Source: Candidatus Versatilivorator sp.
GTDB taxonomy: Bacteria; Acidobacteriota; Terriglobia; Versatilivoradales; Versatilivoraceae
Reading direction: 5' to 3'
DNA length: 64,000 bases
Assembly (NCBI GenBank): GCA_965262635.1
Contig: OZ253547.1
Coordinates: 3,644,234-3,708,233 of the forward strand
Numbering within the stretch: position 1 is the first letter of the stretch; every line of letters starts with the position of its first letter. A model generated the notes under the pieces. That model was given only the letters and a program-made list of their open reading frames with translations, did not search any database and had not been told where the DNA came from. Of the stretch, positions 51,998 to 62,198 are shown piece by piece. The translations under genes were made by a program, and so were the position numbers.

Positions 51998-54697
51998 ATG
52001 ACCCAAGAGAAGATCACCCTCGCCCAACTCGAATCTTTCCTCTTCAAGGCCGCCGACATCCTGCGCGGCAAGATGGACGCCTCCGAGTTCAAGGAATTCA
52101 TCTTCGGAATGCTGTTCCTGAAGCGGCTCTCCGACGAGTTCGACCGCAAGCGCCAGCAGCTCCGCGATCAGGTCTTTGCCCACCTCAAGCACCAGCCCAA
52201 ACTACAGGCGGAACTGCTGGAAGAAAAGATCTCCTACGGCGAGACCTTCTTCGTGCCTGTCCGCGCCCGCTGGAACCAGGCATGGACGGACGAGAACGGT
52301 GACCAGGTCCCGGCCCTCAAGGACCTCAAGCACGATATCGGCAACATGCTCAACAAGGCCATTGCCGCGGTGGAAGACGAGAACGACTTCCTGGCCGGCG
52401 TGCTTAAAAGCAACATCGACTTCAACGCCGTCAAGGGAAAGACGAAAATCCCGGACCAGAAGTGGAAGGACCTGTTGGATCACTTCAACCAACCGCGCTT
52501 TGTCCTGGTCAACGACAACTTCGAGTTCCCCGACCTGCTGGGCGCAGCCTACGAGTACCTCATCAAATACTTCGCCGACAGCGCCGGCAAGAAAGGCGGC
52601 GAGTTCTACACGCCGGCGGAAGTGGTGCGCCTGCTGGTGCAGCTCACCAAACCTGAAGCAGGCAACGAGATCTACGACCCCACCGCCGGCTCCGGCGGCT
52701 TTCTCATCCAGTCCCACCAGTACGTCGAGGAACAGGGCCAGGACGCCAATGATCTATTCCTCTGCGGGCAGGATTCCAACGGGACCACCTGGTCCATCTG
52801 CAACATGAACATGATCCTCCACAATATCACCGGTTTCACCATCGAGAACGGAGACACGCTGGAGGACCCGCAGATCCTGAAGAACGGCCAGATCTGCAAG
52901 TTCGACCGGGTGCTGGCCAATCCCCCCTTTTCGCAGAACTACAGCCGCGCCAACATGACATTCACCAGTCGCTTCCGCGAGTGGTGCCCGGAAAGCGGCA
53001 AGAAGGCCGACCTCATGTTCGTCCAGCACATGCTGGCCAGCCTCAAGCCCGACGGCCATATGGCCACGGTGATGCCCCACGGCGTGCTCTTCCGCGGGGG
53101 CAAGGAAAAGCTCATCCGCGAACTGCTGATCGGCGATGACGTGGTCGAGGCCATCATCAGCCTGCCGCCCGGCCTCTTCTACGGCACCGGCATTCCGGCC
53201 TGCGTGCTGGTGTGCAACAAGAGCAAGCCCGACCCGCTGCGCGGCAAGGTGCTGTTCATCAATGCCGACCGCGAGTACGCCGAAGGCAAGAACCAGAACA
53301 AACTGCGCCCGGAAGATACCGAAAAGATTGATTTCGTCTTCACCCACAAACGTGAAATCCCCAAGTACAGCCGCCTGGTGGACAAGACCGAGATTGCCGA
53401 TGCCCACGACTACAACCTCAACATCCGCCGCTATGTGGACAACACCCCCGAACCGGAGCCGGAGGACGTGAGCGCCCACCTCATCGGCGGACTCCCGGAA
53501 GAAGAGGTGGAGGCCCGAGCCGGTGACTTCGACCGCTTCGGCATCCATCCCGACTCGCTGTTCCGGCCCCAACGCCCCGGCTACCTGGCTTTCTGCCAGA
53601 CCATCGAGGCCAAGCCCGCCATCAAGACCACGCTTGAATCCGCCCCTGCGCTCCGGCACACCCTCACCGCCCACTTCGAGGCCCTCGCAGCCTGGTGGAA
53701 GGTTGCCCGGGACGACTTTGCCCAACTGCAATACACACAGAAGACGGTGAAAAACGGCGTCAGGAAGATGCCCGAGGTGCGTCATGAACTGCTCGTCACC
53801 CTCAAAGACAAGTTGGTTCCCCAGAAGGTGCTGGACGAATTCAAGAGCGCCGGCGTCTTCGTGAACTGGTGGCAGCAGATCCGCTTCGATCTCAAAACGA
53901 TCGTCTCCATCGGCTGGCACCACAGCCTCGTCCCCGACGACTATCTGATCCGAGCCTTCTTTCAGGCCGAGGCAGACGCAATCGAGAGACTCGAAGCCAG
54001 TATCGGCCAAGGCCAGGGCGAGTTGGCGGAGGCCTTGGAAACCGCCCAGGAAGTCGCGGCCTATGAGCCCGACGAAGGCGAGAAGGTCACCGCGGCCGTC
54101 CTCAAGAAGGCACTGAAGTCCCTGATCGCTGACCTCAAGGACAGCCCCGGCGATTCGGCCAGGAAGGAGCTGGAGCGCCTCCGGGAGCAGGACAGGATTC
54201 TCAAGGCTATTGAAACGCGGATCAAGAAAGACAGGGCGGCGCTCAAGGACAAATCCGCCGAACTGAAGCTCAAGCTGCAATTCAAGCGCGTCGGCAGCCA
54301 AGACTACCAGGCCGAAACCCAGGCGCTCATCAAGCAGGTTGACACCCGGCTTGCCGACCTCGACCCCCAAAACAAGGCGGACAAGAAGAAGATCACGGCG
54401 CTGAACAACGACAAGAAGGCTCTGGTAGAGCGTATTGCCCGCACGGATATACTCTTGGCCCAGATCGGCGGGCAGCTATCCGAGGAGAAAGCCCGTGAAC
54501 TGATTCTGGCCAAGCTCTACGACATCGCCCACGCGGAGTTGAAGCGATATCTCAACGCAGAAAAACGCAGCTTGGTGCTCGGGATCGAAAATTTGTGGGA
54601 CAAGTACGCGGTAAGCAGCCGGGAGCTTGAGGTGGAACGGGATGCAACGCTGAAGACGCTGGATGGATATTTACAGGGTCTGGGTTACTTCGAATGA
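51998..54697 (+). CDS. hsdM: type I restriction-modification N6-adenine DNA methyltransferase subunit HsdM with long C-terminal coiled-coil extension
   Basis: FYTP (motif I region [11 protein letters not shown]), NPPF ([10 protein letters not shown]); N-terminal HsdM_N domain; ~350 extra C-terminal residues rich in heptad-like K/E repeats. Confidence 0.85.
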   Translation: MTQEKITLAQLESFLFKAADILRGKMDASEFKEFIFGMLFLKRLSDEFDRKRQQLRDQVFAHLKHQPKLQAELLEEKISYGETFFVPVRARWNQAWTDENGDQVPALKDLKHDIGNMLNKAIAAVEDENDFLAGVLKSNIDFNAVKGKTKIPDQKWKDLLDHFNQPRFVLVNDNFEFPDLLGAAYEYLIKYFADSAGKKGGEFYTPAEVVRLLVQLTKPEAGNEIYDPTAGSGGFLIQSHQYVEEQGQDANDLFLCGQDSNGTTWSICNMNMILHNITGFTIENGDTLEDPQILKNGQICKFDRVLANPPFSQNYSRANMTFTSRFREWCPESGKKADLMFVQHMLASLKPDGHMATVMPHGVLFRGGKEKLIRELLIGDDVVEAIISLPPGLFYGTGIPACVLVCNKSKPDPLRGKVLFINADREYAEGKNQNKLRPEDTEKIDFVFTHKREIPKYSRLVDKTEIADAHDYNLNIRRYVDNTPEPEPEDVSAHLIGGLPEEEVEARAGDFDRFGIHPDSLFRPQRPGYLAFCQTIEAKPAIKTTLESAPALRHTLTAHFEALAAWWKVARDDFAQLQYTQKTVKNGVRKMPEVRHELLVTLKDKLVPQKVLDEFKSAGVFVNWWQQIRFDLKTIVSIGWHHSLVPDDYLIRAFFQAEADAIERLEASIGQGQGELAEALETAQEVAAYEPDEGEKVTAAVLKKALKSLIADLKDSPGDSARKELERLREQDRILKAIETRIKKDRAALKDKSAELKLKLQFKRVGSQDYQAETQALIKQVDTRLADLDPQNKADKKKITALNNDKKALVERIARTDILLAQIGGQLSEEKARELILAKLYDIAHAELKRYLNAEKRSLVLGIENLWDKYAVSSRELEVERDATLKTLDGYLQGLGYFE

Positions 54698-56049
54698 ACG
54701 CCAACTGGCCAACTTACAAATTAAGGGATATCGCCGATGTGCGCGTGAGCAATGTCGACAAGAAGACCAGCCATGCCGAAACAACAGTCAAGTTGTGCAA
54801 CTACATGGACGTTTACGCGAACGATTACGTGACCAAATCAATCGACTTCATGGCGGCGTCAGCAAGTAAGTCGGAGATCGAACGGTTCTGCCTTCAAGCA
54901 GGCGATGTCATTATCACAAAAGACTCAGAGACTCCGGACGACATCGGCGTGCCTGCGGTGGTAACTGACTCCATAGACGGATTGGTTTGCGGCTATCATC
55001 TGGCCCTTATCAGACCCCGGAGCGATATTGTCGATTCGATCTATTTGGCAAAGCAGTTATCTACTGCGCCGATCGCTCGCTACTTCGCCTTGAATGCGAG
55101 CGGGTCAACCCGCTTCGGACTTCCCATTAGCGCAATCGAGGACACTCGGATTCCGGTTGCTCCCAAACCGGAACAAACAAAGATTGCCGAGATACTCTCA
55201 ACGGTAGACCGTGCCATCGAGCAGACGAAAGCCTTGATCGCCAAACAGCAGCGCATCAAGACCAGCCTGATGCAAGACCTTCTCACCCGCGGCATCGACG
55301 AACACGGCAACCTCCGCTCTGAACAAACCCACCAGTTCAAAGACTCTCCCCTGGGATGGATTCCCATGGAGTGGGAACGTGGATATTTCGAGTCATGTAT
55401 CTCTGGAAGTCCCAAAAACGGGATTTATAAGCCGCAATCTGCATATGGTGAGCAAGGCGCACCCATTATTCGCATAGATGCGTTCGGTCACGGAGATAGA
55501 ATTAAAGCCCAATCATACAAAAGAGTCGTGCTGTCAAAGTCAGAAATCGACCAGTACAGGTTGAGAGAGGGCGAGATATTGATAAACCGAGTTAATAGCA
55601 TCCAGTATTTGGGTAAGACAGCCCTGGTGGAACACCTGTCGGAAGCGACTGTTTTTGAATCCAATATGATGAGGTTGACCATTGACCAGGGGCGAATGTT
55701 ACCGGACTTTGCTCTTCTACTCCTGACTGGTCTGGCAGCCTCCAGACACTTCTTGAGAAATGCAAAACTCGCAATTGCTCAAGCAAGCATTAATCAGCAT
55801 GATGTCATCTCGCTCCCGATACAACGCCCGCACCTTGAGGAGCAGCGCGCCATATGCGAACGCATAGCCTCGAATGCTGGTTCAATCAAGAATACGTTCT
55901 CAGGCTTAGAAAAACTGAATCGGGTCAAAACCGCCCTTATGCAAGACCTTCTCACCGGTAAACGCCGCGTAACTTCTTATGTCCCTACCTCAAGCAATCA
56001 GCCAGGCCAAGGACTTGAGTATCTGGCTGCACGAAAAGACAAACGATAG
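54694..56049 (+). CDS. hsdS: type I R-M specificity subunit HsdS (two target-recognition domains)
   Basis: 451 aa; two conserved spacer repeats ([14 protein letters not shown] central, [13 protein letters not shown]-terminal) separating two variable TRDs; ATGA overlap with hsdM. Confidence 0.85.
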   Translation: MNANWPTYKLRDIADVRVSNVDKKTSHAETTVKLCNYMDVYANDYVTKSIDFMAASASKSEIERFCLQAGDVIITKDSETPDDIGVPAVVTDSIDGLVCGYHLALIRPRSDIVDSIYLAKQLSTAPIARYFALNASGSTRFGLPISAIEDTRIPVAPKPEQTKIAEILSTVDRAIEQTKALIAKQQRIKTSLMQDLLTRGIDEHGNLRSEQTHQFKDSPLGWIPMEWERGYFESCISGSPKNGIYKPQSAYGEQGAPIIRIDAFGHGDRIKAQSYKRVVLSKSEIDQYRLREGEILINRVNSIQYLGKTALVEHLSEATVFESNMMRLTIDQGRMLPDFALLLLTGLAASRHFLRNAKLAIAQASINQHDVISLPIQRPHLEEQRAICERIASNAGSIKNTFSGLEKLNRVKTALMQDLLTGKRRVTSYVPTSSNQPGQGLEYLAARKDKR

Positions 56050-56593
56050 AGGAATCTCCGATGACAGGCGAAGTCAAACGGGGTCAAGCCTTCTTCAACT
56101 CTCGTTAGATATAGCCGACGCGATCATCACTTTGTTGGAAAAGAATTTGCCGGACAATTTGCCGGGGCCGGCTTGGGCGCTTGCGAGACCTCTCTTCGAA
56201 AGTTACGTTCTTGGTATCTGGATATTGAAGTGTGCCTCCGATGAACAAGTCGATCACTTCCTCAATAATGGGCGGCGGCCGAAGTTTTCCAAACTATTGA
56301 AGGCAATAGACAATAAAGCGAAGCCTCATGCGGATTGGATTCGGGAGACCGAAAAGGCGAACATGCGCTACTTTCATGATTTTACCCACGGTGGAATTCA
56401 GCACGTCAGGCGTAGGATTACTGAAAACTCAGTGGAACCAAATTATCCGGAGCAAGAATTACAATACTTGGTCGGTCTCGGAGTTGAGGTGAGTATTCGT
56501 GTTGGTGTCGAGATTTTTTCGCTCATAAACGATCGAGTCGGGATCATGCAACTATATGAACAAGCACAGGTTTTTCCCAGACAGCCACTCTGA
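55979..56593 (+). CDS. hypothetical alpha-helical protein inserted after hsdS (start uncertain)
   Basis: ORF-track ATG overlaps hsdS by 70 nt; an in-frame TTG near 56132 just after hsdS stop is an alternative start (~150 aa); AT-rich relative to flanks; no family recognised. Confidence 0.35.
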   Translation: MSLPQAISQAKDLSIWLHEKTNDRGISDDRRSQTGSSLLQLSLDIADAIITLLEKNLPDNLPGPAWALARPLFESYVLGIWILKCASDEQVDHFLNNGRRPKFSKLLKAIDNKAKPHADWIRETEKANMRYFHDFTHGGIQHVRRRITENSVEPNYPEQELQYLVGLGVEVSIRVGVEIFSLINDRVGIMQLYEQAQVFPRQPL

Positions 56594-56710
56594 TGACCTA
56601 AACGAAATATGCGTTGGATGCCCAACCCGAGGCTTCACGGTGTTTGATACGGGGCTGGTCTTTCGGATGACTCGGCTGCGACAAGTTGTCCGCTCTGAGT
56701 AGAGGAGGAC

Positions 56711-57022
56711 ATGATGATTAGATGGTTTATTGATTGGCTGGTTTCGCTGTTTAAGGTAAAAGCAGTGGGAGTTCGAACCAATCAGATTTTGCGTGGAACT
56801 TACCCACTAGATGAAGGAATGCGCTCAAGGAGTTTGATATTAAATCCAGGTTCAGTACAAGAGGCTAGGCTGATATCTGGCTGGGGTGGGTCTCATGATT
56901 CCACAGATATCCCCTATGTGCAGGCTGGTGCTGTTTCGAGAATTAGGCTCACTACAGGGGAGGTGATGTGGGTTACAAGTTCCCCTGACGAACCCAAGCA
57001 TGTTTTGTCATGGCCCAATTAG
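56711..57022 (+). CDS. hypothetical protein
   Basis: 103 aa ORF in an AT-rich segment, GAGGAGGA RBS 5 nt upstream of ATG; no recognisable domain. Confidence 0.35.
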   Translation: MMIRWFIDWLVSLFKVKAVGVRTNQILRGTYPLDEGMRSRSLILNPGSVQEARLISGWGGSHDSTDIPYVQAGAVSRIRLTTGEVMWVTSSPDEPKHVLSWPN

Positions 57023-57233
57023 CCATTGTATTTGTCATCGACTCTTGTGCATCGAGGTCGTAGCTATTGATGAATGGGTATTCTGACTGGGATGGAAGGT
57101 CCTACTTGAATATCCCCCTCTCCCGATTCAAGAGAACGCTCAATGTGGATGGACTGTTTGATGTCATTGTTTACAGATTCGGCCAACCAATCCGGAATGT
57201 GTCAATAAATTTGAGACAGCTGAGTTCCCGAAA

Positions 57234-58235
57234 TTAAGCTACTTTCTTTGCCTCTGCAGGCGGATTGATCCACACCTTGTCCGGCGGTCCGGCGATCTGC
57301 CTGGGTCCCTTGACGAAACGCTCCGGGTGTTGTTGGTGAGCGCGATCCAGAGCCTGCTGACGTCGTTGGAGAACCGGGCCGGTTTGACCGTAATGGACCA
57401 TCGCCGGCGTGAGCCAGCTCAGGCCCGAATGGTAGTGGAGGTTGTTGTACCAATAGAAAAAGTCCCGGCAGAAGGCCTTGGCGTCCTGGATGGAACCGAA
57501 TCGTTCGGGGAAGTCGGGGCGGTACTTCAGGGTTTTGAACTGGGCTTCCGAGAACGGGTTGTCGTCGGACACCTGCGGCCGGGAGTGGGACTGGGTCACA
57601 CCCAAGTCCGACAGCAGCAGTGCCACCGCCTTCGACTTCATCGACGAGCCGCGGTCAGCGTGGAGAATCAGTTGACCGCGATCGATCCTTTGCCTGTCAC
57701 AGCTTTCACCAATCAACTTTTTAGCCAGAGTCGCCGATTCGCAATCGGCCACCATCCACCCCACCACTTGGCGGCTGAAGATGTCGAGGATCACGTAGAG
57801 GGAGAAGGAGGTCCACTTCCGGGGCCCCTTCAGCCGGGTGATATCCCAGGTCCAGACTTGGTTGGGGCCTGTTGCTAACAGTTCCGGCTTCCGGTAGACG
57901 GGATGGCGCCGTTGGTGGCGTCGTTCGCGCACTTCCTGATTCGCATCCAGAATCCGGTACATGGTGCGTACCGAGCACAAATAGCGGCCTTTATCCAGCA
58001 GGGCCGCACAGACCTGGGCGGGCGCCTGGTCCAGGAAGCGCTCGCTATGCAGCAGGTCGAGGACGGCTTGCCGCTCGGCGGCATTCAATGCCCGAGGTGA
58101 CCGTGGGCGGGCCCGCTCGGCACCGGGTGCGGCCCCCCGCTGCCGACGCCGGTACAGCGACGCCCGGGCAACCCCGAAGGCCCGGCACGCCGGTGCCGTC
58201 CCCAATTCGGTGGAGAACTTCTCGGCCGCTGTCAT
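57234..58235 (-). CDS. IS3-family transposase OrfB (DDE integrase core)
   Basis: rve domain blocks (WTWDITRL, LHADRGSSMKS, SDDNPFSEAQFKTLK); 333 aa. Confidence 0.85.
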   Translation of the reverse strand: MTAAEKFSTELGTAPACRAFGVARASLYRRRQRGAAPGAERARPRSPRALNAAERQAVLDLLHSERFLDQAPAQVCAALLDKGRYLCSVRTMYRILDANQEVRERRHQRRHPVYRKPELLATGPNQVWTWDITRLKGPRKWTSFSLYVILDIFSRQVVGWMVADCESATLAKKLIGESCDRQRIDRGQLILHADRGSSMKSKAVALLLSDLGVTQSHSRPQVSDDNPFSEAQFKTLKYRPDFPERFGSIQDAKAFCRDFFYWYNNLHYHSGLSWLTPAMVHYGQTGPVLQRRQQALDRAHQQHPERFVKGPRQIAGPPDKVWINPPAEAKKVA

Positions 58236-58726
58236 CAGTGGTTGCCTCCCTCGTCCGCGCTCTTCAGAGATATCCCCAGCAGCGTGGAGACTTTTTTTTG
58301 GATCTCGATGACCGTTTCCGTTTGCTCCAGCTTCCTGCGAAGCCGCCGCCTCTCCCGTTCCAGCTCAGCGATGCGCTGGTCTCGGGCGTCCTTCGGCCGG
58401 GCTTTCCGTCCTCGCTTCGGCGAACCCCTGCCCGACAGGACCCCGGCATCGTGTTGCCGTCGCCAAGCGCTCAAGTTCGAGCCATACAGACCCTCTCGGC
58501 GCAGTAATGCCCCCAGTTCGCCCGGCTGGCTGCACTGGTCCGCTTCCCGCACGATCCGGCGCTTGTAGGCGGCGCTGAACCGTCTCCGTGTCGCCTTGTC
58601 GCATACTTCCAGATCCGGTCTATCCTCATCCCGACCAGCCGCTTCGCCAGCCACTCCAGTCGCCCTACGGGCTCCTTCCGTGGCTGGCGATTCTTCGTTC
58701 TCCTTCTTTGTTTTGAGCACCAACAC
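58235..58726 (-). CDS. IS3-family transposase OrfA (HTH)
   Basis: 163 aa; HTH plus leucine-zipper-like region (IAELERERRRLRRKLEQ) typical of IS3/IS911 OrfA. Confidence 0.8.
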   Translation of the reverse strand: MLVLKTKKENEESPATEGARRATGVAGEAAGRDEDRPDLEVCDKATRRRFSAAYKRRIVREADQCSQPGELGALLRREGLYGSNLSAWRRQHDAGVLSGRGSPKRGRKARPKDARDQRIAELERERRRLRRKLEQTETVIEIQKKVSTLLGISLKSADEGGNH

Positions 58727-58808
58727 AGGTTGTCTCCCTTCCCGCCCTGTTGTTCACTAATATATGATCAGTCAGGTGTCTCACCTATATTGGCACAGAG
58801 GGTTCCGG

Positions 58809-59585
58809 CTACACGGACGATTCCGATTCAACGCCAAATAGCTGCCTCACGATGTCCGGAGCACGGGGTTCCTGTTTTGGGCCATGTTTGCGCAGACAAT
58901 CAGTCCAGGAGTTGAGATATTCGGAGAAAGTACTGTCCTTTCGAACGTCCCAGCAGTTCAACCAGCCGCAATCGCGCCAAAGGGCGGGGTTTTGGCTGAA
59001 GCTGCCTAGCAACGATACCGCCACGACACGATTGAGTTCCCGGCAGGTGGGGTTTTCCTCCATCAGGTGGATGTTCCGGTTAAGCCAACCGGGAAGATCG
59101 GATTGTGAGGGTATCGGGGTCTTCTCTTCGACCTCCTCCGCATATGACTGATGGTGCCTGGCGAATGCGGAAGCTTCGAAGACCTCGGACGGAGGATCCT
59201 CTTTCCAGTCCTCTGCCAGGGATCTCAGGACATGGAGGGAAGCCAGTTCGCAGAGGCTTTCCTCGAACCACTTGTGCTTGTGTTTCTTGTAGCTGTCGAA
59301 ATGAGTCAGGATGTGACAGAGTTCATGTGAAAACTGGTACACATACTGGCTCCAGTAGGTATCTGTCGCACTGAGAAAAACCTGGTATGGGCGCTTTTCG
59401 TACACGGTAAACGGATAGTCCCTGTTCCAGCGGGATACATGAACAGCCGCCTCAGGCGCCACTTCAAATGACCGGACCAGTACACGATGGGCCGACGAGA
59501 GGACTGCACGAATCGCGCTCAGGCTTGTCAGTCCCCAATTCCCGTTGATGATCGTCACGGCAGCCTCTGTGTTCCCCGGCGTCAT
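58809..59585 (-). CDS. HExxH-motif protein, putative gluzincin-type zinc metallopeptidase of unrecognised family
   Basis: 258 aa; FSHELCHILTH with downstream EESLCE about 18 residues later (HExxH...E spacing of gluzincins); ATGA overlap with the upstream ATPase gene, so the two are co-transcribed. Confidence 0.45.
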   Translation of the reverse strand: MTPGNTEAAVTIINGNWGLTSLSAIRAVLSSAHRVLVRSFEVAPEAAVHVSRWNRDYPFTVYEKRPYQVFLSATDTYWSQYVYQFSHELCHILTHFDSYKKHKHKWFEESLCELASLHVLRSLAEDWKEDPPSEVFEASAFARHHQSYAEEVEEKTPIPSQSDLPGWLNRNIHLMEENPTCRELNRVVAVSLLGSFSQNPALWRDCGWLNCWDVRKDSTFSEYLNSWTDCLRKHGPKQEPRAPDIVRQLFGVESESSV

Positions 59586-61159
59586 GAGATTTCTCCTCTA
59601 ACCTTCGGCGATACGAAGAGTCCGCCCAAGTCTCCTCGTCCATCGGGACTGCGAAGCATCTTCTCCAAGTCCGGCAAATCCCTGCAAATCCATCCGTCGG
59701 CGTCGAGCCTGGATCGCCTGTCACTGGGAAAACTCGGAGCAAAGAGCGCCAACTCGTGTTTCCAGTCCCGAAAACGGCTTCCCTTGCGGGTCGACAGAAA
59801 ATTCGCCACATGTTTCCGGAAACGCTTGAGGGATTCCCGGTCGTGGTTTCTTGCGGTTCTCTTGCAGGATCCAAAGCGCACCTTCCGGTTGCGTTCGTCT
59901 TGTGCAACCAAGTCAATCTCGATTGGTGGCTGGCCGCCTCGCGGTCGATTCCAATAGCCGTGAATCTGTTGCGTCATGGAAAAATCCCCGGTATCCAAGC
60001 GTGACGCCTCTTCGCACGCTTGGCGAACCAGCACCTCGAACGCGTGTCCTTCCAGTGTTCGGAGCCTGGAGAGAAGTCCTTTCACCAACCGGGACTCGGG
60101 AACCACGCGCATGTCTTGCCGGGTCTCCTTCAACACGGCCAACCAGGCCCGCAGAAACGGATCCGAGACGGCGTAGCGCGCATTCCTCGGTTTTCCTTCC
60201 GCGAAGACGGGAAACGACTTTTCGATGAGCCTCAGGTCTTTCACAAGAACTTCAAGATAAGCCCCCAAGGACGACAGCTCCGGAAGCCGTTCCAGCAATT
60301 CGGCATGGGAGCACGGTCCGTGCCTGGCCAGAGTGTGAAGAATGGCCAGATAGTTTCGGCGCAATTCGCCTCCGAGCAGTGCCTCGCCCTCCTGACTCAA
60401 CGGAGCGTTGCCGGAAAGGAAGAGCCTGTTGCACAACTCGGTTGCCCAATCGTCCCACCGGTCAATGGCGTCCAGCCCATCTTCCCTGGCAAACAATTCC
60501 CAGTACCTGGGCACACCGCCGAACAGCGTCCAAAGGGTCAGACGTCTTTGTGGATCGGTTGCACCATGTTTCCCGCTGACTTCAAAGATTGTCTTAAGAT
60601 CCCACGGCCCAAGCCTGATGTCGAAGGTGGTCCGCCCGAACAGTGGCGCCTTGCGGTCTTCAAGCAATGCTTCCATTTCCGTCTGGATGGAGCCAACGAC
60701 AATCAGTCCGCCTTTTCTATTGCTGCGGCTGAGCCGGTCCACTTCTGCCTGCAGCAGAGATGGGAAACCCTTGAGCGGCCCCTGGTAGCAGAACTGAAAT
60801 TCATCGATGACGACTATCGCTCCCCGGCTGCAGAGTGAGCCGATCACGCTCGCGACTCCTTCCAGGTCCCGCACGTCATCGAGCCCAACAATCTGTTGAT
60901 CTGGATTCCATCGTCGGGCAGCGCGCCTGAAAACGCTGGCGGTGTCCGAAACACTGCTGTCGGGCAGTTGAAACAATAGCGCCAGCCGCAAACTCGGATC
61001 GTCACTCCTGATTGTGGTGAGCACCTGGTTGATGAGGGCCGTCTTTCCTATCCGGCGTCGTCCCCGTATGGAACCGAAGAACCAGCGTCCCTTGCGCATA
61101 TGTTCGAGGAGTTGCCCTGCTTCTTCCCGACGACCGTAGAATGACCACTTGGCGCTCAT
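59582..61159 (-). CDS. AAA+ ATPase of the archaeal-ATPase type with C-terminal DUF234-like (restriction-endonuclease-like) domain
   Basis: 525 aa; Walker A GRRRIGKTA, Walker B IVVIDEFQ; C-terminal block IEIDLVAQDERNRKVRFGSCKRTA resembles DUF234; AT-rich divergent promoter region to the HigA-like gene. Confidence 0.65.
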   Translation of the reverse strand: MSAKWSFYGRREEAGQLLEHMRKGRWFFGSIRGRRRIGKTALINQVLTTIRSDDPSLRLALLFQLPDSSVSDTASVFRRAARRWNPDQQIVGLDDVRDLEGVASVIGSLCSRGAIVVIDEFQFCYQGPLKGFPSLLQAEVDRLSRSNRKGGLIVVGSIQTEMEALLEDRKAPLFGRTTFDIRLGPWDLKTIFEVSGKHGATDPQRRLTLWTLFGGVPRYWELFAREDGLDAIDRWDDWATELCNRLFLSGNAPLSQEGEALLGGELRRNYLAILHTLARHGPCSHAELLERLPELSSLGAYLEVLVKDLRLIEKSFPVFAEGKPRNARYAVSDPFLRAWLAVLKETRQDMRVVPESRLVKGLLSRLRTLEGHAFEVLVRQACEEASRLDTGDFSMTQQIHGYWNRPRGGQPPIEIDLVAQDERNRKVRFGSCKRTARNHDRESLKRFRKHVANFLSTRKGSRFRDWKHELALFAPSFPSDRRSRLDADGWICRDLPDLEKMLRSPDGRGDLGGLFVSPKVRGEIS

Positions 61160-61268
61160 GCCTATAGCATAATTTATGTTTTCTAATTGTCAATATCGTT
61201 AGAGAGTGGCATGCTTGCGAAGTCACGATCTAGAATTATCACAAGGTGTAAGCCCCAGGAGACAGGCA

Positions 61269-61523
61269 ATGACCCGAGTAAAGACGCATCCCGGCAGCGT
61301 GCTGCGGGCGGAGTTGGAGGCGAGAGGCATGAGCGCGAACCGGCTTGGGCTCGCCATCCGAGTTCCCGCCAACCGCATTACCGCCATCCTGCGTGGCCGA
61401 CGGGCGGTCACGGCCGAAACCGCGGTGCGCCTTGGCCGCTTTCTCGGAACAGGCCCCGCATTCTGGATGAATCTGCAAAGCGCATACGCGATCTCGGTCG
61501 TCGAGAACGCGAAAGTCGTGTGA
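61269..61523 (+). CDS. HigA-family XRE HTH protein (orphan antitoxin-like regulator)
   Basis: 84 aa from MTRVKTHPG; HPGSVLRAELEARGMSANRLGLAIRVPANRITAILRGRRAVTAETAVRLGRFLGTGPAFWMNLQ is the HigA/VapI signature; no toxin ORF immediately upstream. Confidence 0.65.
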   Translation: MTRVKTHPGSVLRAELEARGMSANRLGLAIRVPANRITAILRGRRAVTAETAVRLGRFLGTGPAFWMNLQSAYAISVVENAKVV

Positions 61524-61611
61524 TCGAAGGCGAGGTGCCGGCCGCCGTTTCGTGAGTGCGGGCGCTACGGGAGCGATGGCGATGAGTGTGGTTTCTTGTT
61601 GGGTGAGTTTA

Positions 61612-61690
61612 CGGAATATCGATGAACAGGATGGATCGGATTCTTTTTCTCTATCCTGAATATCCTGTTCATCCATGTTCAAAGATTAAA
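61612..61690. repeat. hairpin repeat, copy 1 (copy 2 at 62483-62555)
   Basis: Both copies share ATTCTTTTTCTCTATCCTGAATATCCTGT(T/C)CATCCATGTTCAAA; the 5' arms differ (GATGAACAGGAT vs ATGGATGGACAGGATA) but remain complementary to their own 3' arm, i.e. compensatory covariation; each follows the 3' end of an antitoxin gene. Confidence 0.6.
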
Positions 61691-61878
61691 ACCGCCGTTT
61701 CATAAGGCGACGCTGCCTAGAAATTCTTTCACAATATCGCGGTTGCCCGAGGCGATCTCTTCTTCCGCCAATTCCCGGTTTGCCCGCAACACGAGTTGTA
61801 CGGCCTCAATCAGATTCGCTTCAGCCTCTTCCAGAGTCTTACACCGCGGGCAGCGGTCTCCGCATCCCCAAAAAACAC

Positions 61879-61917
61879 TTGCAACATGACATGCCTTGAG
61901 GCATAACGTGTTGCATG
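61879..61917 (+). promoter_or_regulatory. imperfect palindromic operator/promoter upstream of higB
   Basis: TTGCAACATGACATGCC ... GGCATAACGTGTTGCATG (12/16 inverted match) including a TTGCAA -35-like hexamer; ~55 nt before the higB GTG. Confidence 0.4.
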
Positions 61918-61971
61918 AGGTTGACTCACAGAGGATTGAGACGGTTAGCCGAACAAGACGATGCCTGATCG

Positions 61972-62187
61972 GTGCCGCAATCTCTTGTTCGTCGTATCCG
62001 TCGCATCTTGACGGAATTGGATGCGGCGCAATCGGCTCAAGACATGAACTTGCCTGGCTACCGGCTGCACCCGCTGAAGGGCGCTAGACACGGGCAATGG
62101 AGTATTCGCATATCCGGTAACTGGCGCATTGTCTTTCGCTTCGAGAACGGCGAGGCGGTAGACGTTGACCTGGTTGATTACCACTAG
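61972..62187 (+). CDS. higB: HigB toxin (RelE/ParE superfamily), GTG start, short N-terminus
   Basis: C-terminal LPGYRLHPLKGARHGQWSIRISGNWRIVFRFENGEAVDVDLVDYH matches the HigB consensus; an upstream in-frame stop leaves only 71 aa. Confidence 0.75.
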   Translation: MPQSLVRRIRRILTELDAAQSAQDMNLPGYRLHPLKGARHGQWSIRISGNWRIVFRFENGEAVDVDLVDYH

Positions 62188-62198
62188 GAGAACCTGAG

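Larger units (their letters stand above)
57199..58796 (-). mobile_element. IS3-family insertion sequence (orfA/orfB with programmed -1 frameshift)
   Basis: Imperfect terminal inverted repeats TGTGTCAATAAATTTGAGACAGC (57199..) vs its near-complement TGTGCCAATATAGGTGAGACACC read from 58796; orfA and orfB meet at 58235; A8G slippery run in orfA (58292-58301 on + strand) upstream of the orfB ATG. Confidence 0.7.

Noticed and set aside
59487-59957. 156-aa + strand ORF and other small ORFs overlapping the ATPase/HExxH genes
   Set aside because: Antisense to the well-supported ATPase-DUF234 gene; no domains
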